Assembly: GCA_000708835.1 (NCBI GenBank)
Contig: DF237368.1
Span: 16,749 to 80,748, forward strand
Reading direction: 5' to 3'
DNA length: 64,000 bases
DNA from: Klebsormidium nitens
Taxonomy: Eukaryota; Plantae; Klebsormidiophyceae
Under the pieces are notes generated by a model. That model had not been told where the DNA came from and made no database searches. It saw only the letters and a list, made by a program, of their open reading frames with translations. Shown here one piece after another: positions 24,320-37,790 of this stretch. The position numbers and the translations under genes were made by a program. Positions within the stretch are counted from its first letter, which is position 1; each line of letters starts with the position of its first letter.

Positions 24320-27300
24320 ATGGCAATGCAGCGGATTCGCTTTCTGGGACGATTGAAGGGAAGCTTGGAACTCACCACCAGCATTACCGAGGTGGGTTTG
24401 CTTCGCCAACTTCTCCGGTTGAAGCGTCTGCGATTGTTGAAACATTTGTAATTGCAAATATTTGTCGTCAGAGTTCCCAGGCGCTCAGCCGAAACTCCAG
24501 AAACCGCAATATCTGAGGGGAGTGCTTCGCATATGTCTGTCTTACTGGCCCTTGCCACCATTTGGCATTAAGTATCCTACATCATAAGGTCTCTGATATC
24601 CGGCAGTCGCAGCAGTTGAGTCAAAATTATGAGTATCATCTATCAACGCACTGTGCAAGCCTCACTTCAGAATGTTTCAGTTCTCAACTAACTTACCACG
24701 TTGCTCTCTCTTCCACCGTGCTCCGGAAAGGGTGCTTTGGGAGGCTTGCCTGTGCGGAAAAAGACTTGCTGGCAGCAGTACTTTTCTAAGGTTTCCACCA
24801 GTGCACTTTCCGCCAGCTTCCGAGAATTTCCGGTTAGATGCTCAGGAAAGTTATTGGCGTCAAGCAAATGCAAATACATCTGCGCCAAAGTTGCTGCACC
24901 TTGTTTGAGCGAAGAATCTGGCTTCCTTCTTTCTTTGCAGCTGCTCTGGGCAGGGGGCGCCCAGTCTTCACTAGAGTGCCCCCCCGGCGCTCGTGGCTTT
25001 GCGAAGGCTCTCAATCAGAAGCTCAATGTTGTCCTGAAGGAGGTGAGACTGCACAAACACGATTTGTATTTTCCCCTGCAAATGGTTTGGTTCTTGCTGT
25101 GGAAATGATGCGGATCTTACCTTGGCCTTGCCAACTTTCTTTGATGTGTTGTACAGAAGTCCCTACCCCATCTGGGAATCTGATCGATGTAGTGGTGGTA
25201 GGGTATGGATATAGCTAGACATCTCCTGATGGTGTTGCAGAGTAACTGTATTAATCAGACGAGGGTGGCTTGTTGACACTACTATTGATATCGAAAGACT
25301 CCGGGCCTTTGAGGCCGTCAGCCTCATTTTGCTCCACTCTTTGATAAGCAACGTTGAGCCGAGTTCAAAAGATCTGCTGAGAAAATGATGTGGACTGGTT
25401 CAAAGAAGAGAACTCAAACAATGTCAGATCAGAGATTACAGATCAGATTGGATCAAAGATTGAACAACGTCCCTTCTTGTTCCTCAGGACGTCCAAGGGG
25501 TGGGGCAGGCTGGGGAGGTGCTGTCGGTGGCTGCAGGCTTTGCCCGGAACTTCCTGATCCCGCAGAGGAAAGCACTGCCGGGGCTGGAGAAGTATGTCCA
25601 GATGGCACACACCTTCCGACTGGTGAGGGGACTTATTCTATTCTCCTTCTGTCCCTACTTATTGAGGTCGTTGTGACCACAGATGACAGCCGGTCAGAAA
25701 TTCAATTTGTGCCTGCCGACATATCTTTGCAGGTAGCAGGGCCCTTTCATTGTTGAAGGGTTTGCGCATAGTAGAAGATTGCTCCAAAGGAAGCGGGTTC
25801 CTCCACTATTTGAGGATATACTTCTCGGCTTCGTCAAACTCAATGAAGGGGAAAGGGATAGAAAGCCCGCCCATTCTTTCAATATAATTTCAAAACATTG
25901 CGGCAACAATCAGTAGCCTGCGTAAACAGGCTTTACCGATTCTGCTTGAGTAAACTCTTGGACGACCATTCACATACAACAGATGCTCTTTTAGACGAAC
26001 TTGTCTTTCCTCGCTGTCTGCACCTTTGTTCGAACTCGAAATTAATTCTGGACGCAAATGTTGTAGTGTTGGGACAAGCTGTCACGCTGACTGGACACCT
26101 TCTGGGACTCTGACACGGGTCCTTGACGTTCCGACACCCTTCCAATAATCATATCTCCTTATCGGAATTGGCTGATTGCCACTTACAGACAGAAGGGAGC
26201 ACCTGATTGCTCATTTCGTTGGACATATTTTGAACCTTGTCGGACATCCGGACACTTGCAGGACGATAACGTGGAGGTGCTGCAGCGGCGCGCGGGGCAG
26301 GCGGACGCGGACAACCTGGAGAAGCAGCGGCAGCGGATACGGCGGGAGCGGGAAAAGGTCGTGCGGCGATTGACGTCTACCAAAGTGGTAAGATATGGTA
26401 CCAATCTTTCGTCCTTGTATCTTTTGGATATAGCTTTGTGAGATGGTCGCCCGACAATAGCAGAGACGAGAGGATGGTAGTAGAGATACGAAAGCTAGCT
26501 CTTTCGAGGAGCTCAGGATGCTGACGGCGACCAAAGTGGTGGGACCCGGATTGCTCAATACCTTCGGTTGTGCTGGTAAGGGTTTGCAGAGTGTCCTTGA
26601 GAGCAGTTGAGGACAAAAGGATCGAGTCGAGTATTCAGGCAAAGACCTGCGTTCTTGGACGCGGCACTCATGTAGACTTACTTGCCCGATATAAGTTAAG
26701 GTTTGCCGACTGGTTCTGCGAGCATTTCTCGTTGAGCGAGTGACCCCTTGTCTACAAAGCTGCGCCTGACCCCCAACACATTCCTTGCAGGTTTTCTACC
26801 GCAACCTGAACAAGACTGACCGCCTCACCCTTCTTACCCCAGTCAATGCGAAGGACATTGTTGCCGAGGTACGTTTCTGATCAGGATCCCTGTCAAGCCG
26901 AAACGTTCGAGGCGTCTAAAGCCTCTGTTGCTGCGACAAACTTCCCCTCTTAGAACGCTTTGATATCGTTGCAAGCGGATCAGGAGCACGTTGGGACCGC
27001 AAGTCATCCAGTTCGACGAACGAAGTTTTGGGGGTGGCCGTGCTGAGGACGCGTCAATCAAGCAGACAATCAAAAAGCACATCGCTGTCGGCGGAAACGC
27101 AACGTTCATATTGCCCCTCTGTTGGAAGGGTAGATAAGCTCAGATTCAGTGACGCTTTGCGGTGCACTTTTTTGCTGCTCTTCGCGGTTGTAGGATGGAG
27201 CTCTTTCTGTGCTGGCCTGCAGGCTGCCAAACCAGCAGGTCTAAGTCCAAATGTTTGGCATACTTTGAAGCCGAACATCTTCGTGATTCGTCAGCGCTTT

Positions 27301-27567
27301 TCCTCGTTGCAGGTAGAGCGGCAGTTGCGGATCTCCATGCAAGAGGAATGCATCCGGCTCGCCCAACCCATCACCGGCCTTGGAGACTTTGAGGTCCCCC
27401 TCTTGTTGCCGGAAGACGAGGTTGCACAAGAGCTTCAACAGGCCTTGTTAGAAGAAGGGAGCCAGGATTCGTATGACGAGGAGGACGAAGGGCGGCAAAA
27501 ACAGCTGGCCATCACAGTCCGAGTTCGGAGAAAAGGCAAGACCGGGACAGCGAAGGGAGCGTCCTAG
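24320..27567 (+). CDS. RPL9: Organellar ribosomal protein L9 (bL9), mitochondrial type
   Basis: Exons 24320-24391, 24941-25042, 25488-25622, 26262-26387, 26791-26868 and 27313-27567 are all phase 0 with GT-AG borders. The N-domain is KLNVVLKEDVQGVGQAGEVLSVAAGFARNFLIPQRKALPGLEKY; the C-domain is PVNAKDIVAEVERQLRISMQEECIRLAQPITGLGDFEVPL. The ALPGLEKY and VERQL...EVPL features resemble plant mitochondrial L9 more than plastid L9. Exon 1 is less certain. Confidence 0.82.
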
Positions 27568-28857
27568 TAGATGTGGCGCGAAGAACTTCGGAAGTTGTGC
27601 CAAGCACGTTGCTTGGTTTGGAAACAGCGTTTTCGGTCCATGACCGAGATGCGAGGGGTTTTTAGTATGCGGTTCGGCGTTCATTCGGTCGACCCTTTGC
27701 TCCAGGATTCGAGTTGAAAGTTTCTAAGAATCTTGTGCAAAGGCTGGTGTTTTGCAGATATGGCTTGACAGATTGCATGCCAGCCAGGATACTGGCGCCC
27801 TATGTAGGCGGCCGCAGTCTGTAAGAGACACACATGGATCTCCGTTCACCTTGTCTAGCGGCGTGACAGGCGGCTGCCTGCCAAAAAGGGGCATCGTCAT
27901 AACCTCCATGTTCGAAACGGGTATGCTTATTGGAGGTTAAGGTTGCAGTCCGGCCGCCGCTGCAGCGTGTGCTATACTATTTGACAACATTTTCTGAGCT
28001 CAACCGCATTCCGCGGCAGCATTCAACAAGTCCCACACAGGCTCGCGAGCCTACAGGGTCTCCGAGAATGGTCACCGAGCCCACACGGGATATCTCAGAC
28101 AAGGCTCGCATCATGAAACTGAGAGTGATCATTGTTGAATGCATGGACAACATGATGCGCATACGTGCCACAAATGGTCGATTCGATATAACGTCTGCAA
28201 TATATACCAAAAGTCACAATTCGAGATTCCCAGCTATCGAGCATAGATACATACCAACCATAATATGATTCGAGCATACCGCAATCAATTGTTCGTGGCG
28301 GAACATGCGCATGAACAATCGAACATGCAACTTAGCATGCAATCGTTTAGCCGCGCCCCATGAGGCCCCCGGGGCGGCCAGGCAACCACGCATCAGCCCT
28401 AGTACGGTACCTATAGAATTTGGCAGGTTCCTAATGATCCTGTCGGATCCGATCGGGCTGTGCGCGGCGAACATTGGCACATAAATTATCAGAAAGCTGC
28501 GTGCCGGATCACTAGGGTTTCATACATACATCAGAGCGATTCGTCCGACGTGCACTGGACTTCTGAATTCAGACGTCATAGTTTGAAAGGCAGCATGCAT
28601 GGCGCAGCATTGATGAGACATTTGCTAACTTGACCTTGAGGTCGTCATGCGCATACCAAGGGTGCATTTGCAGACCTTGGCCTTCCAACTCATTCTCGCT
28701 TCCATACAGACAGGTTTAGTATACCTTGCACCAAGCAAGTGCCAATCTTCTTTCCAAAGCAGGCAGACTGCTCAGAGCAGAGCCGTTACCTTTCCCCCCT
28801 CTTGTTCAGCATCTGATTCCATTCCGTGCAGCAAACGCCCCATTATAAGAAGACAAC

Positions 28858-30766
28858 CTAGGCCTCCTTTGTGATGAACTTGACCTTGATGGGCATCTTT
28901 TGCGCAGCAATCGCCATAGCCGCCCGCGCCACCTGTGGTGACACCCCCGCCATCTCATATATGATCCGCCCCGGCTTTACGACAGCCACCCAATGCGACA
29001 GGGACCCCTTTCCGGACCCCATACGAGTTTCCGCCGGCCGCATCGTGATGGGCTTGTCAGGGAAAACCCGGATCCAGATCTTGCCACCACGACGGGCGTA
29101 ACGAGTCATCGCCCTACGTCCCGACTCAATCTGGCGGGCTGTGATCCATGTTGGCTCCTGAGCCTGTAGAGCAAAGCTCCCGAAGGCAATGGTGTTCCCC
29201 CGCGAAGCCTTGCCCGTCAACCGGCCCCTGTGCTGCTTCCGGTGCTTCACTCTCCGAGGGCTGAGCATGCTCCGCACGACGCCCTGCCGACAGGATTAGC
29301 GGAAGAGTATCAGCAACCCTGTGGATATGCGCCGACCAACTCCTGACCACGTCTTACACCTTCCTTACTCGACATTGATGTGTTTCGGGAAGATGAGTGC
29401 TTGGCTCGTGCTTGGCTTGTGCTGAAAGAGGACATTCTTCAAGGTGCTGTGCCCCTATTTCAATATGTTCCAAAAGAGCAAATAGCAAAAAAGATCCACA
29501 AAGCAGATGCACTATCATTAAAAGGTTGGTCTTACAAAGCTCCTGTTGCGAGCAGTGTACCAAACTTCGACGCACGACCAGCGAAGAGCAGGGGGCTGAA
29601 AGAACTGAGTAAGCATCAAGATGCCATGAGACAAGATGTTGAATGGACCGTTGAAATTAAGGTACCAGCCAGTCTTTTCTTTGGTTACTCGCGAATGGTC
29701 GGATCCTTGCAGTTGCCTTCACCAGCTCAACTTTAATGCTGACTCCTACCACCACAGGTCGTTGATCTTTGAGTCTGCACAAGGGGCCTTTGCAGATACT
29801 TGAAAGTGCTCTTAAGGTGGTGCCAGCTTCCACAAGGTTGGAACATCTTATGAGCCGTCACCTCACCGGCTGTGAAGCCGCCCCACTGTCGGCCTCCTCG
29901 GGCTTTACCACTGGGCTGCTTGGGCGGACAAAAGGCATCGCCACATTGCTCCTCTGGACGAAGCTGCTGCGGCTGAGCTGAGAAGGCCGCAGGTTTGCCC
30001 TGCGATTGCAAGTAGCTCGGGTCTACGTATACAATTGAGGAGGTAGATGCCCTGGCCAGGCCCTCGTCTTCATAGTGAGACTCGTCATTGTGTCATGCTT
30101 GCTTGAATTCAAGCAAACCCCTGTCTTCATAGTAAATCCAATCATGGTATCATGCTTGTTCGATAAGCAATGCACAACGACTCGGCGGCGCTGTTCCCAT
30201 ACTCTATTCCAGAGTAAGTGCTAGCAATCAACATAGAAGGTTTGAGGGATGGACAGAACCAATGCACTGACGAGCAAACCCCTGATTGCTTTGAGGGACA
30301 CCCTGTAATAAACTTGCAGCGCGCACTCAACACGTGTGTTTCGTATCCTCTGCCTTACTTGGCACCCTAAGCCACCATACAAGTCACCCCCGTCAGTATG
30401 GCTTGACGTCCGGAAGAGACCAACGATCATTGCATTCAGTCAGGGTGGCCAAACGAGACTGGTAATGACACGGAAGGGGCAGGAGACATCCAGTTGCTGA
30501 TCCTCCGGCTCTGCTGCTAGCGGTGGCTCACGATGAGAACCTTGAGATGAACCGACTTTGATATCGCCCCTGAAATGCGAACCCTTTCCTTCTGGGTGGA
30601 AGCTTGCCAGGCTCAAAACATGAAGCAGGCAGGGGGACGAGTTCTCTTACCTGCCAAGCAGCGCGGCGCTTCTGCAACTCTCAAGAGGCCTTTGTGCCAC
30701 CGCCCTCTGGCCAGTAAAGGCCCTGGCAGCGCAAGACGAGGACAACGACACCGTAGAAGACGCCAT
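28858..30766 (-). CDS. rpl16: Nucleus-encoded plastid-type ribosomal protein L16 (uL16c) with an ~88-aa N-terminal transit-peptide extension (224 aa)
   Basis: Exons 30766-30651 ([38 protein letters not shown]), 29999-29867 ([28 protein letters not shown]...) and 29283-28858 splice in frame with gtaag/gtgag donors and gcag acceptors. The mature part [15 protein letters not shown]...[48 protein letters not shown]...WVAVVKPGR is cyanobacterial/plastid L16. Confidence 0.93.
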
Positions 30767-31317
30767 CCGGTCCACCCCAGATGTTTACAAGAAAATGCAG
30801 CGAAACCACCACCGTCCCTGATGCTTTTCACTACCCCGCTGCTAAACTTGCCAGCATTACCCTCTGCGAAAGGGACGCCTGCACCACTGCAACACCTTGC
30901 CCAATGCGCCTGTTCTCTCAAGCTTGTCCTTCCCTCCTGCAGGTCCAAGGGTGTGACTCCGTCCCTTTTTGCTGCGTCTACTTTATTGATTTTTGACACC
31001 AGCAGTTCAACGTCGAGTCCTTTGCTGCTGACACAAATCCTGAAGTTTCGGTTTGTGTATTTCATGACATATAAAGTGTCAAGTTTTAACCTGGAAAAGA
31101 AGGAAAGCAACCAAGTTCGCATTCATCCACGACTCACGAGGGTGCAGCAGCAGACGTGCAGCTTGTTGAAGTTGGGAAAGGGAGGCCGAGGTGGATTGCC
31201 CTGTTGCGCACTGTTCAGGGGGCAACGCAGGATCCTTCAAATGCAAGCGGAAAGGAGAGCGGATTAGGTGAAGAAACGCAAGCCCCGGTTTGATTGGAGT
31301 CTGCATTGCTCCAAACG
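30767..31317. promoter_or_regulatory. Putative bidirectional promoter shared by rpl16 and plastid RPS5
   Basis: Only 551 bp separate the two divergent ATGs (30766 on - and 31318 on +). No individual cis-element was identified. Confidence 0.55.
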
Positions 31318-33407
31318 ATGGCGTCCACAGCGGCCGTCAAAACCCTGTGTGTCGCGTCGAGCAGCATCAGCAAGGCAGCGTCCCATGCTTCCGGCGCTCC
31401 TTCCGCCATCTTGCCGGCCCCCTTCTTTGGCCGCGCTCTGACTGGTTCAAAGGCATGCTCGAGCGCGTTCAGTGGCCGCCAGTTGGGCCTCTCAAGATTT
31501 ACCACAAGTGGGAGGCAGTGTGTGATGGTTGCTGATGCCCCAAGCAAAGATACTGAGGAGGCAAAGCCGCCGTCTTATTACATGAACTTTGAGCCACCGG
31601 CGGATATTGATGAGTTCACCCGGGACTTCATGAACAGCACCCTTGAGGACGAGGACCCCGAGTATGACACGATGTGGAAGAAGTTTTTCTTTGATGAGGA
31701 CGAGGAAGTTGGTGAGTGTACGGATGCTTCCTGATGCAGAAAGAGAATCCCTGTCACTTTTGGAAAAGCGACATTGATGAGTAGTGTTTGCTGGCTCTTT
31801 GACTAGGGAGGTGGGATTGCCTGCCACCGGGGATGTCCATTCTGAGTTACATTTGACCTCCGGTATCTCCGGTTCGCGAGTAGGCTCTCGAATGTGCACC
31901 TCTGGTAATGGTTGAGCGCCTGCATTGGCATGGCTGCTCCTGGTAATGCTTGAACGGACAGGAGTGAGCTGCAGAGAGCAGGGTTTTGTTGCACTCGTGA
32001 CTGCCTCGGATGCAAGAGTGAGAGCACTATCATCAGCGAGCAGAGGTGGTTTATGATGGGCATGAGCACTTTGACGCCTCTGTGGGAGTGTGCAAGCCAA
32101 ATGCACGGGTTTGTAGGGGACAGCTACTGGTCATCATATGCACTCCGTCTGAATTGCTCCGTATTCACAAGGATGACAACTCCAATGTAGAGGACTGCAT
32201 TAGGGTTTGCTGCTTTGCCCTGTCGCTATGAGCATCAACAGGGGTGCTACACTTTAGCTCTTAAGAAAATGCTCAGGGCAACATATGCCTCTTGTCTGAT
32301 GTCTACAGTCTATTATGATCAGTGGTAGCTCGAATGCGTGTGCAGAGGGTCATCTCGTTGAAGCATGAGTCATGCAGCCTCCGGTTCTTCAATAGAGGAA
32401 TTGTAGACCTTGCTCGCTTGCACGTTCCCTCTTCAACATAGAACCTGCACTCTAGTCAGAGGAATTGAGTGACGAGTTAGCAAAGCACTCAAGGACACAC
32501 ACATAAGTTCTCCTCTTCCACCTGAATGAATCGTCATTGTCTGTTGAGCACAAATTCGATTGAGATGACGCAGTTTGTCTGTGGAAGTTGCTGGAACGCT
32601 GGCCTCCTCATGCGGTTGATATTGCTTACCTTCTCCCAAGCTGACCGATGGATTCCTTTGTTGTTCACGTCCCTCTTTGACTAGTGGTCTCCCTGCAGCA
32701 GCACGCGGAGGCAGACAAATTCTGCCTGTCAGCAATTGGCAGGTTGAGTGCGGCCCGTCCAGAGTTTCAGAGGTTTCTGAAGTGCACCCAACCACCGACT
32801 TGAGGGCAATCAACCGTATCAAACGAGTGCGCTGACAGATTTGCTTGTTCCACTGGTTGCAGTTGAGGCGGTGGATGACGAAGAGGACGGCATCAAGCGG
32901 CTGCGCCCCCCAGAGCGCCGTAAGAAGGACCAGTACCAGGAGAACGTGGTTCAGGTCTCTCGGGTTAACAAAACGGTTAAGGGAGGGAACCAGCTGAGCT
33001 TCCGGGCCGTTGTCGTCATTGGGGATGGCAAGGGCGCCGTTGGAGTCGGTGTCGGAAAGGCGAAGGAAGTGATGAACGCGGTGCTGAAGGCGGGGGTGGA
33101 TGCGAGGCGGCACATTATCAAGGTCCCGTTGAACAAGCAAAAGTCGATCCCCCATCGGATGGAGGGGCGGTACGGGGCAGCCAAGGTGCTGTTACGGCCG
33201 GCGCCTCTGGGGACGGGTGTCATTGCGGGCGGTTCGGTGCGGACGGTGCTCGAGATGGCGGGCGTCGAGAACACCTTCGGAAAGCAGCTTGGGAGCAACA
33301 ACCCGCTCAACAACGCGCGGGCAACGCTGGTTGCGATCGGAAACATGTTCGACAGGAAAGAGGTGGCTGAGTTCCGGAAGGTGCCGATCGAGAGCTTGCG
33401 GGTATAG
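31318..33407 (+). CDS. RPS5: Plastid 30S ribosomal protein S5 (uS5c) with transit peptide
   Basis: Exon 31318-31711 ([19 protein letters not shown]..., Ser/Ala-rich, then acidic) joins via gtgag...gcag to exon 32863-33407, which carries [42 protein letters not shown]...[42 protein letters not shown]. Confidence 0.93.
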
Positions 33408-35265
33408 AGGGCGTGTTGGTCTCGAAGTGGGTCTGCACAAGACCCTAGGTAACCGAAGATAGAAAGATTGAATGTCTAAACGGAAGGTGATGAGCATCGT
33501 TTTCGAAAAGTTCGATGACATGACCCCTTGATGCTGAACATGTATGCTCCTAGCGATGACAAGCCTTAAAAGCACTTTTCCAAGAAGGGTGCCGAGTCTT
33601 TGCAATGGACAGCACCCTATATCCTCGCTAAAAGACCACTGGCCCAAGAAAATATTGCAGACGTCGAAACGGCCGGATTGGACGTTTGTCCATAGATTTC
33701 ACATGGATGCATTCCCTGCCATGCAGAACTTTGTACCCTTCACGATGGTCACTTTTCATACTCGTCGTAGCCACTAGGCCATCTAGGCTTGATACCGCAC
33801 TGCAGTTGAAGCACAAAGCTTCGTGGCCGCTTGGCCAGCCTGTTACTAGCTATATTTAAGTATGTCAATCCACGGTTGTAATTAATATATCCGATCGTAC
33901 ATGGTATGTTTTTGACGTTGAGTAGCTAGAGAGAAATCTGCTCGATCCAGCCCGCTGGATCGAATACGCAGTGCATCATTGATTCAACCATATACTACGT
34001 GAATTCTGCACTACATCGCTGCCGGAGATAAGCTACGTAACTCCTCGTCCGTAGGAATTCTGAATTGGGCCTCGCAAACCGTGGCGGTCTTGTAGGTACG
34101 ATCATCATATGCATCATTTTGGCTGGCGGCCTGGCAGGCTCATGAGCAGATCCGCGGCCATGTGTGTTGTCAGCTGGCAAGATACTATAGACATGACGAT
34201 GATCAGGTGTGAACAAACGCCAGCCTGTGGATATTGAAGAACAAAACCGATTACATGGTCTGGCCCGGCCTGCCAATGAGGTGCCAGGATGTCACTAAAG
34301 ATTTGTAAGTCACTTTGTGCAGCCTGGCTTTCCGGCTCTCAAACAGTGACGCATCCTCATTTGCATGGCCGAGTAACTTTGTGATTGACTGAGCTCGACC
34401 GCACGCCCCTTATTAACAAACGTGTCTAGCACGCTCACACCAAATAATCAGATCACGGCCTCGCGATATAACTCAACACACAAAACCGTCACCGGACCTT
34501 TAGAGTTTCATGTCCACCATCCTATGAGCTGCAAGCTTTGAAAGGCTTCAGACTGTACTTCTAGCTGATCTAAATCTACAGAAAACATTGGTTCATAGGA
34601 CTCAATAATGGGTAACTACATCGCCTCAGGGTAACCCAACGAAGTCTTCCAAGAATGGTCTCCCCAAGACCTTCTCCCAGTCCGACTGCTTTGCTTTCAA
34701 AAAATGGATGCTTCGACTGGGAACTACCTAGCTAGCTCCCTCTTGAGATTGCTGTGTTGCCTTTAGGTGTATGAAGTTGACAATCTCTTCGCCACCCCAC
34801 TCTGCAGAGACGGAAAAGCTTCAGTCGTTGTGTACCGTTCTCTAATCACAGCAGCTTTAGGTGACTGCTATGTAACAGCGTGTTAGCGAGCAGGTTGGAC
34901 AAAAGTCCACCTTCGGCGACTGAAGGCCAAGTTTTTCACTTTCGTGGTCGCCTTACTTGATGCCAAGAGATCATTTCCGCAAGCAACCGCGACTGCAAAT
35001 ATAACTGCCTTGCAAAACGCCGGCAATCTTGGTTGCTGAACGCCCGCTTTCAGCGTCACAAGACTTCACCAGCCTGCTTGACCGTCCCGCTTCGACAGAC
35101 GGCCATCTCCAAAGCCCCAACCAAAGACTTACAATTGTTATGATCGTTCGGCTTGCTGGACGGACTGGAGCCTCTAACCTCTACCTAATTGACTTGAAAA
35201 CGAGACAACATCTGACAGAACCCCAAAGAAAGAGCTTGAGCCATACGCTGCCAAACGAAGCTGCT

Positions 35266-37790
35266 CTAAAGTTTACGTACAACCTTCAGTGACATCCAGT
35301 CCGCCATCTTCAAGGCTGTTGTCAATCGTATGCCAAGCTTAAAATTGTGCTCCTTATTGACTTGTTGATCCTCCCATTCTCGTGGAAAAAAAGAGCACTA
35401 TGCTTGGAAGACGCGTATGCATCAAACACCTAGCCATGACTTTAGCACCTCGTTTCGTTCCCCAGGAGGTAGACATGATCGAAATCTCACCTTCAGCGTA
35501 ATCAATAGCTGTCCCTTTGTCGTTTGACATCGCGAAGACGTCAGCCCCCCGGTCGATCAGCAGGTTCGCCAATCGGACGTCGCTCTTGATGCAAGCGAAT
35601 TGCAGGGCGGTGTTTCCGGACGCGTTGCGACCGTCGATTTCCGCACCGTTGTCCAACAAAAACTCGGCAACTTCAGGGTGCTGCGCAGGGGATGGTAAGG
35701 TCTGGTTTTGTTCCAAATGTTGAGAAACAGCAAAGCCTTCGTCTCTGCTTCTGGTATGTGCGCAGGGAGCGCGGAGGAGTTCATTCCTGAGTGTCCTGCT
35801 TGAGAAATGCAGAATACTCGGAAGAGGCCAAGCGTTGGCTACAGTGCGAGACAAAGCAAAGACACCACAAGTCAGTTTGGGGTGCTGCCATGGAGATGGA
35901 AAGACTTAGTGGAGTTTTACCATGAAAAGCAGCAAGAAAAAGAAAAACATTCTCGTCAATGTTAGGGCCCTGCGAAACAAGGGCAACAGGCTCTGTATTA
36001 TGTGGACAATTTATCAACCATAGGAAACCGATTGAGGGAATCGCATCCAGAATACCGCTGAAAGTTGCCTCGCCTGTAGAGCAAAGTTTGTAACCCGCAA
36101 ATTCTTTCAGGCCTGCTAGAACAGGGAGATTTTATCTTTCTCTCTTAAACTCTCTTTGGGCAAACCGTCTCCGAGGCCCCTATGCAACCAGGGCAAGTTG
36201 GGAGGTTGGGAGAGGTAATGCTTCCCTACCAACAATGCGCCCTTTTTCCAGGATCTCACAGGTAAGCGCCCTCTAAACTTCATTCAGGCAGGACACAACA
36301 AAACACTTGATCATGCAAGCTGTGGGTAGTCAAAGAGCTTTCAGATCAGTGGCAGGTGTATGCCTTAGGTTAAACGAAACTTTGGAAGGGGTATTCTTCT
36401 AGATACAGCCAACACATCTACAGCATATACAAGGGAACTGCTTTCCTGCAAAGAAGACCCGCAGTTCTTACTCGCCCAACTGTGACTGGCCTTTATCTGC
36501 GGATACCTTTACTGTGAGGAGTAGTCTCAGGAATACAAACACATTTATCGAAATACGTTGTTTTTAGCGACAAGCACAACGGGAGCCCATGCCTTGCTGC
36601 TCATAAAATGATGCTCAAGTTTGTCAGCTGTCAATGTAAGCATGATACACAGACTGAAGTTGGCTCTGAGCGAAGAAGAAAATCAATGTACTCTGTGCAT
36701 CCAAGTGCCTGTTCCCTCGAACAAGTGGAGGAAGCTTAAGCAAGGCAAGAAATCTGTGGAGCTGGGTTGGTTCTTACCTGGTAAAAGACACTAAGTTGAA
36801 GCGCAGTCCAACCTCCCTTGTCTGGATTTGGCTGGTTCACGTCAATCCCTCCGGAAGCAAGCAGCTCTTTGCAGAGCCTTAGGTCGCCGGACTTGGCGGC
36901 TTCCTGCTTGGGAGGAACAGCGCAATTTTAAATTCTTTGGGGATTCTGTGTGTGTTCCGACGGATTGATGCAAGGTCAGTAGGCGTGTGCAAAAGCATGT
37001 GCCATGGTATTAAGTCCTTGATTAAGCCGAGCTTCCAATCCTAAGAGTAGGAAAAATGACTCGCAAAAGGATTGGGCATGGATTACGTGGCTGCATGAAG
37101 CAAGTCTTGGTGCTCTTCAAAGAGAGTTGACCTACAGTGCGAAAGATTTCTTCACGTCCACGGAAACCCCAAGTTCAATCTCAGGGAGACAAGGTTAAAA
37201 GTGTTGGGGTAAATATTTGGGTGTGTACTCATGTTGTACGGCTCCTAGGGAGCAACAGCATAGCTGTAGCTTGCTGCTGACCTGAACGGGCCCTTTGAGT
37301 CAGTGTGAAGCAAATCTTGCGTACGTCATGCATCAATACAAAAGGCCCTCAATGCCAGACAATACGAGCCCCAGAACTCGATGCTATGACGCAGAAGCCC
37401 TGATAGTCCGGTGAATTTGTGACAGAGCCCTTCAGTATTTGGTTGCCCTCTGACACTCACCCTGAATTGGTCGCTTGCAATGTCCACTGGCGCGTCGGCT
37501 GCTCCCCTGACATCCACAGAGCCCCGCACTAAAACGCATTTTCCCTCCCGCAGGCGCAGTGGCCCCCGGTTCTCACCTCTCCTAATCTCACTAAGTTGCA
37601 AGCTGCCCTGCCAGCTACCCACAGAAGCTGGAGTCACATTCAACTGCCGCCATCTTGGACAATGCTGTGAACGTCGGACACTGAGCTGGCAGTTCGTGCT
37701 CCACCGGTGGCTCCCTGCATTGCAGCTTGGTGAGACAAAGAAGGCGTGGGATATGCATCTGCAGGCAGCAGTGGCCGCATGGGCAGACAT
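35266..37790 (-). CDS. Ankyrin-repeat protein with probable plastid transit peptide
   Basis: Exons 37790-37461 (MSAHAATAACRCISHAFFVSPSC..., transit-like), 36903-36778 (EAAKSGDLRLCKELLASGGIDVNQPNPDKGGWTALQLSVFYQ), 35680-35491 (HPEVAEFLLDNGAEIDGRNASGNTALQFAC...LLIDRGADV) and a tentative last exon 35315-35266. There are about three ankyrin repeats; the terminal exons are less certain. Confidence 0.75.

Noticed and set aside
28858-29283. NUPT (non-functional plastid DNA insertion) or bacterial contamination
   Set aside because: The codons are GC-rich, spliceosomal introns and a transit peptide are in frame, and no neighbouring operon genes (rps3, rpl14) are adjacent.
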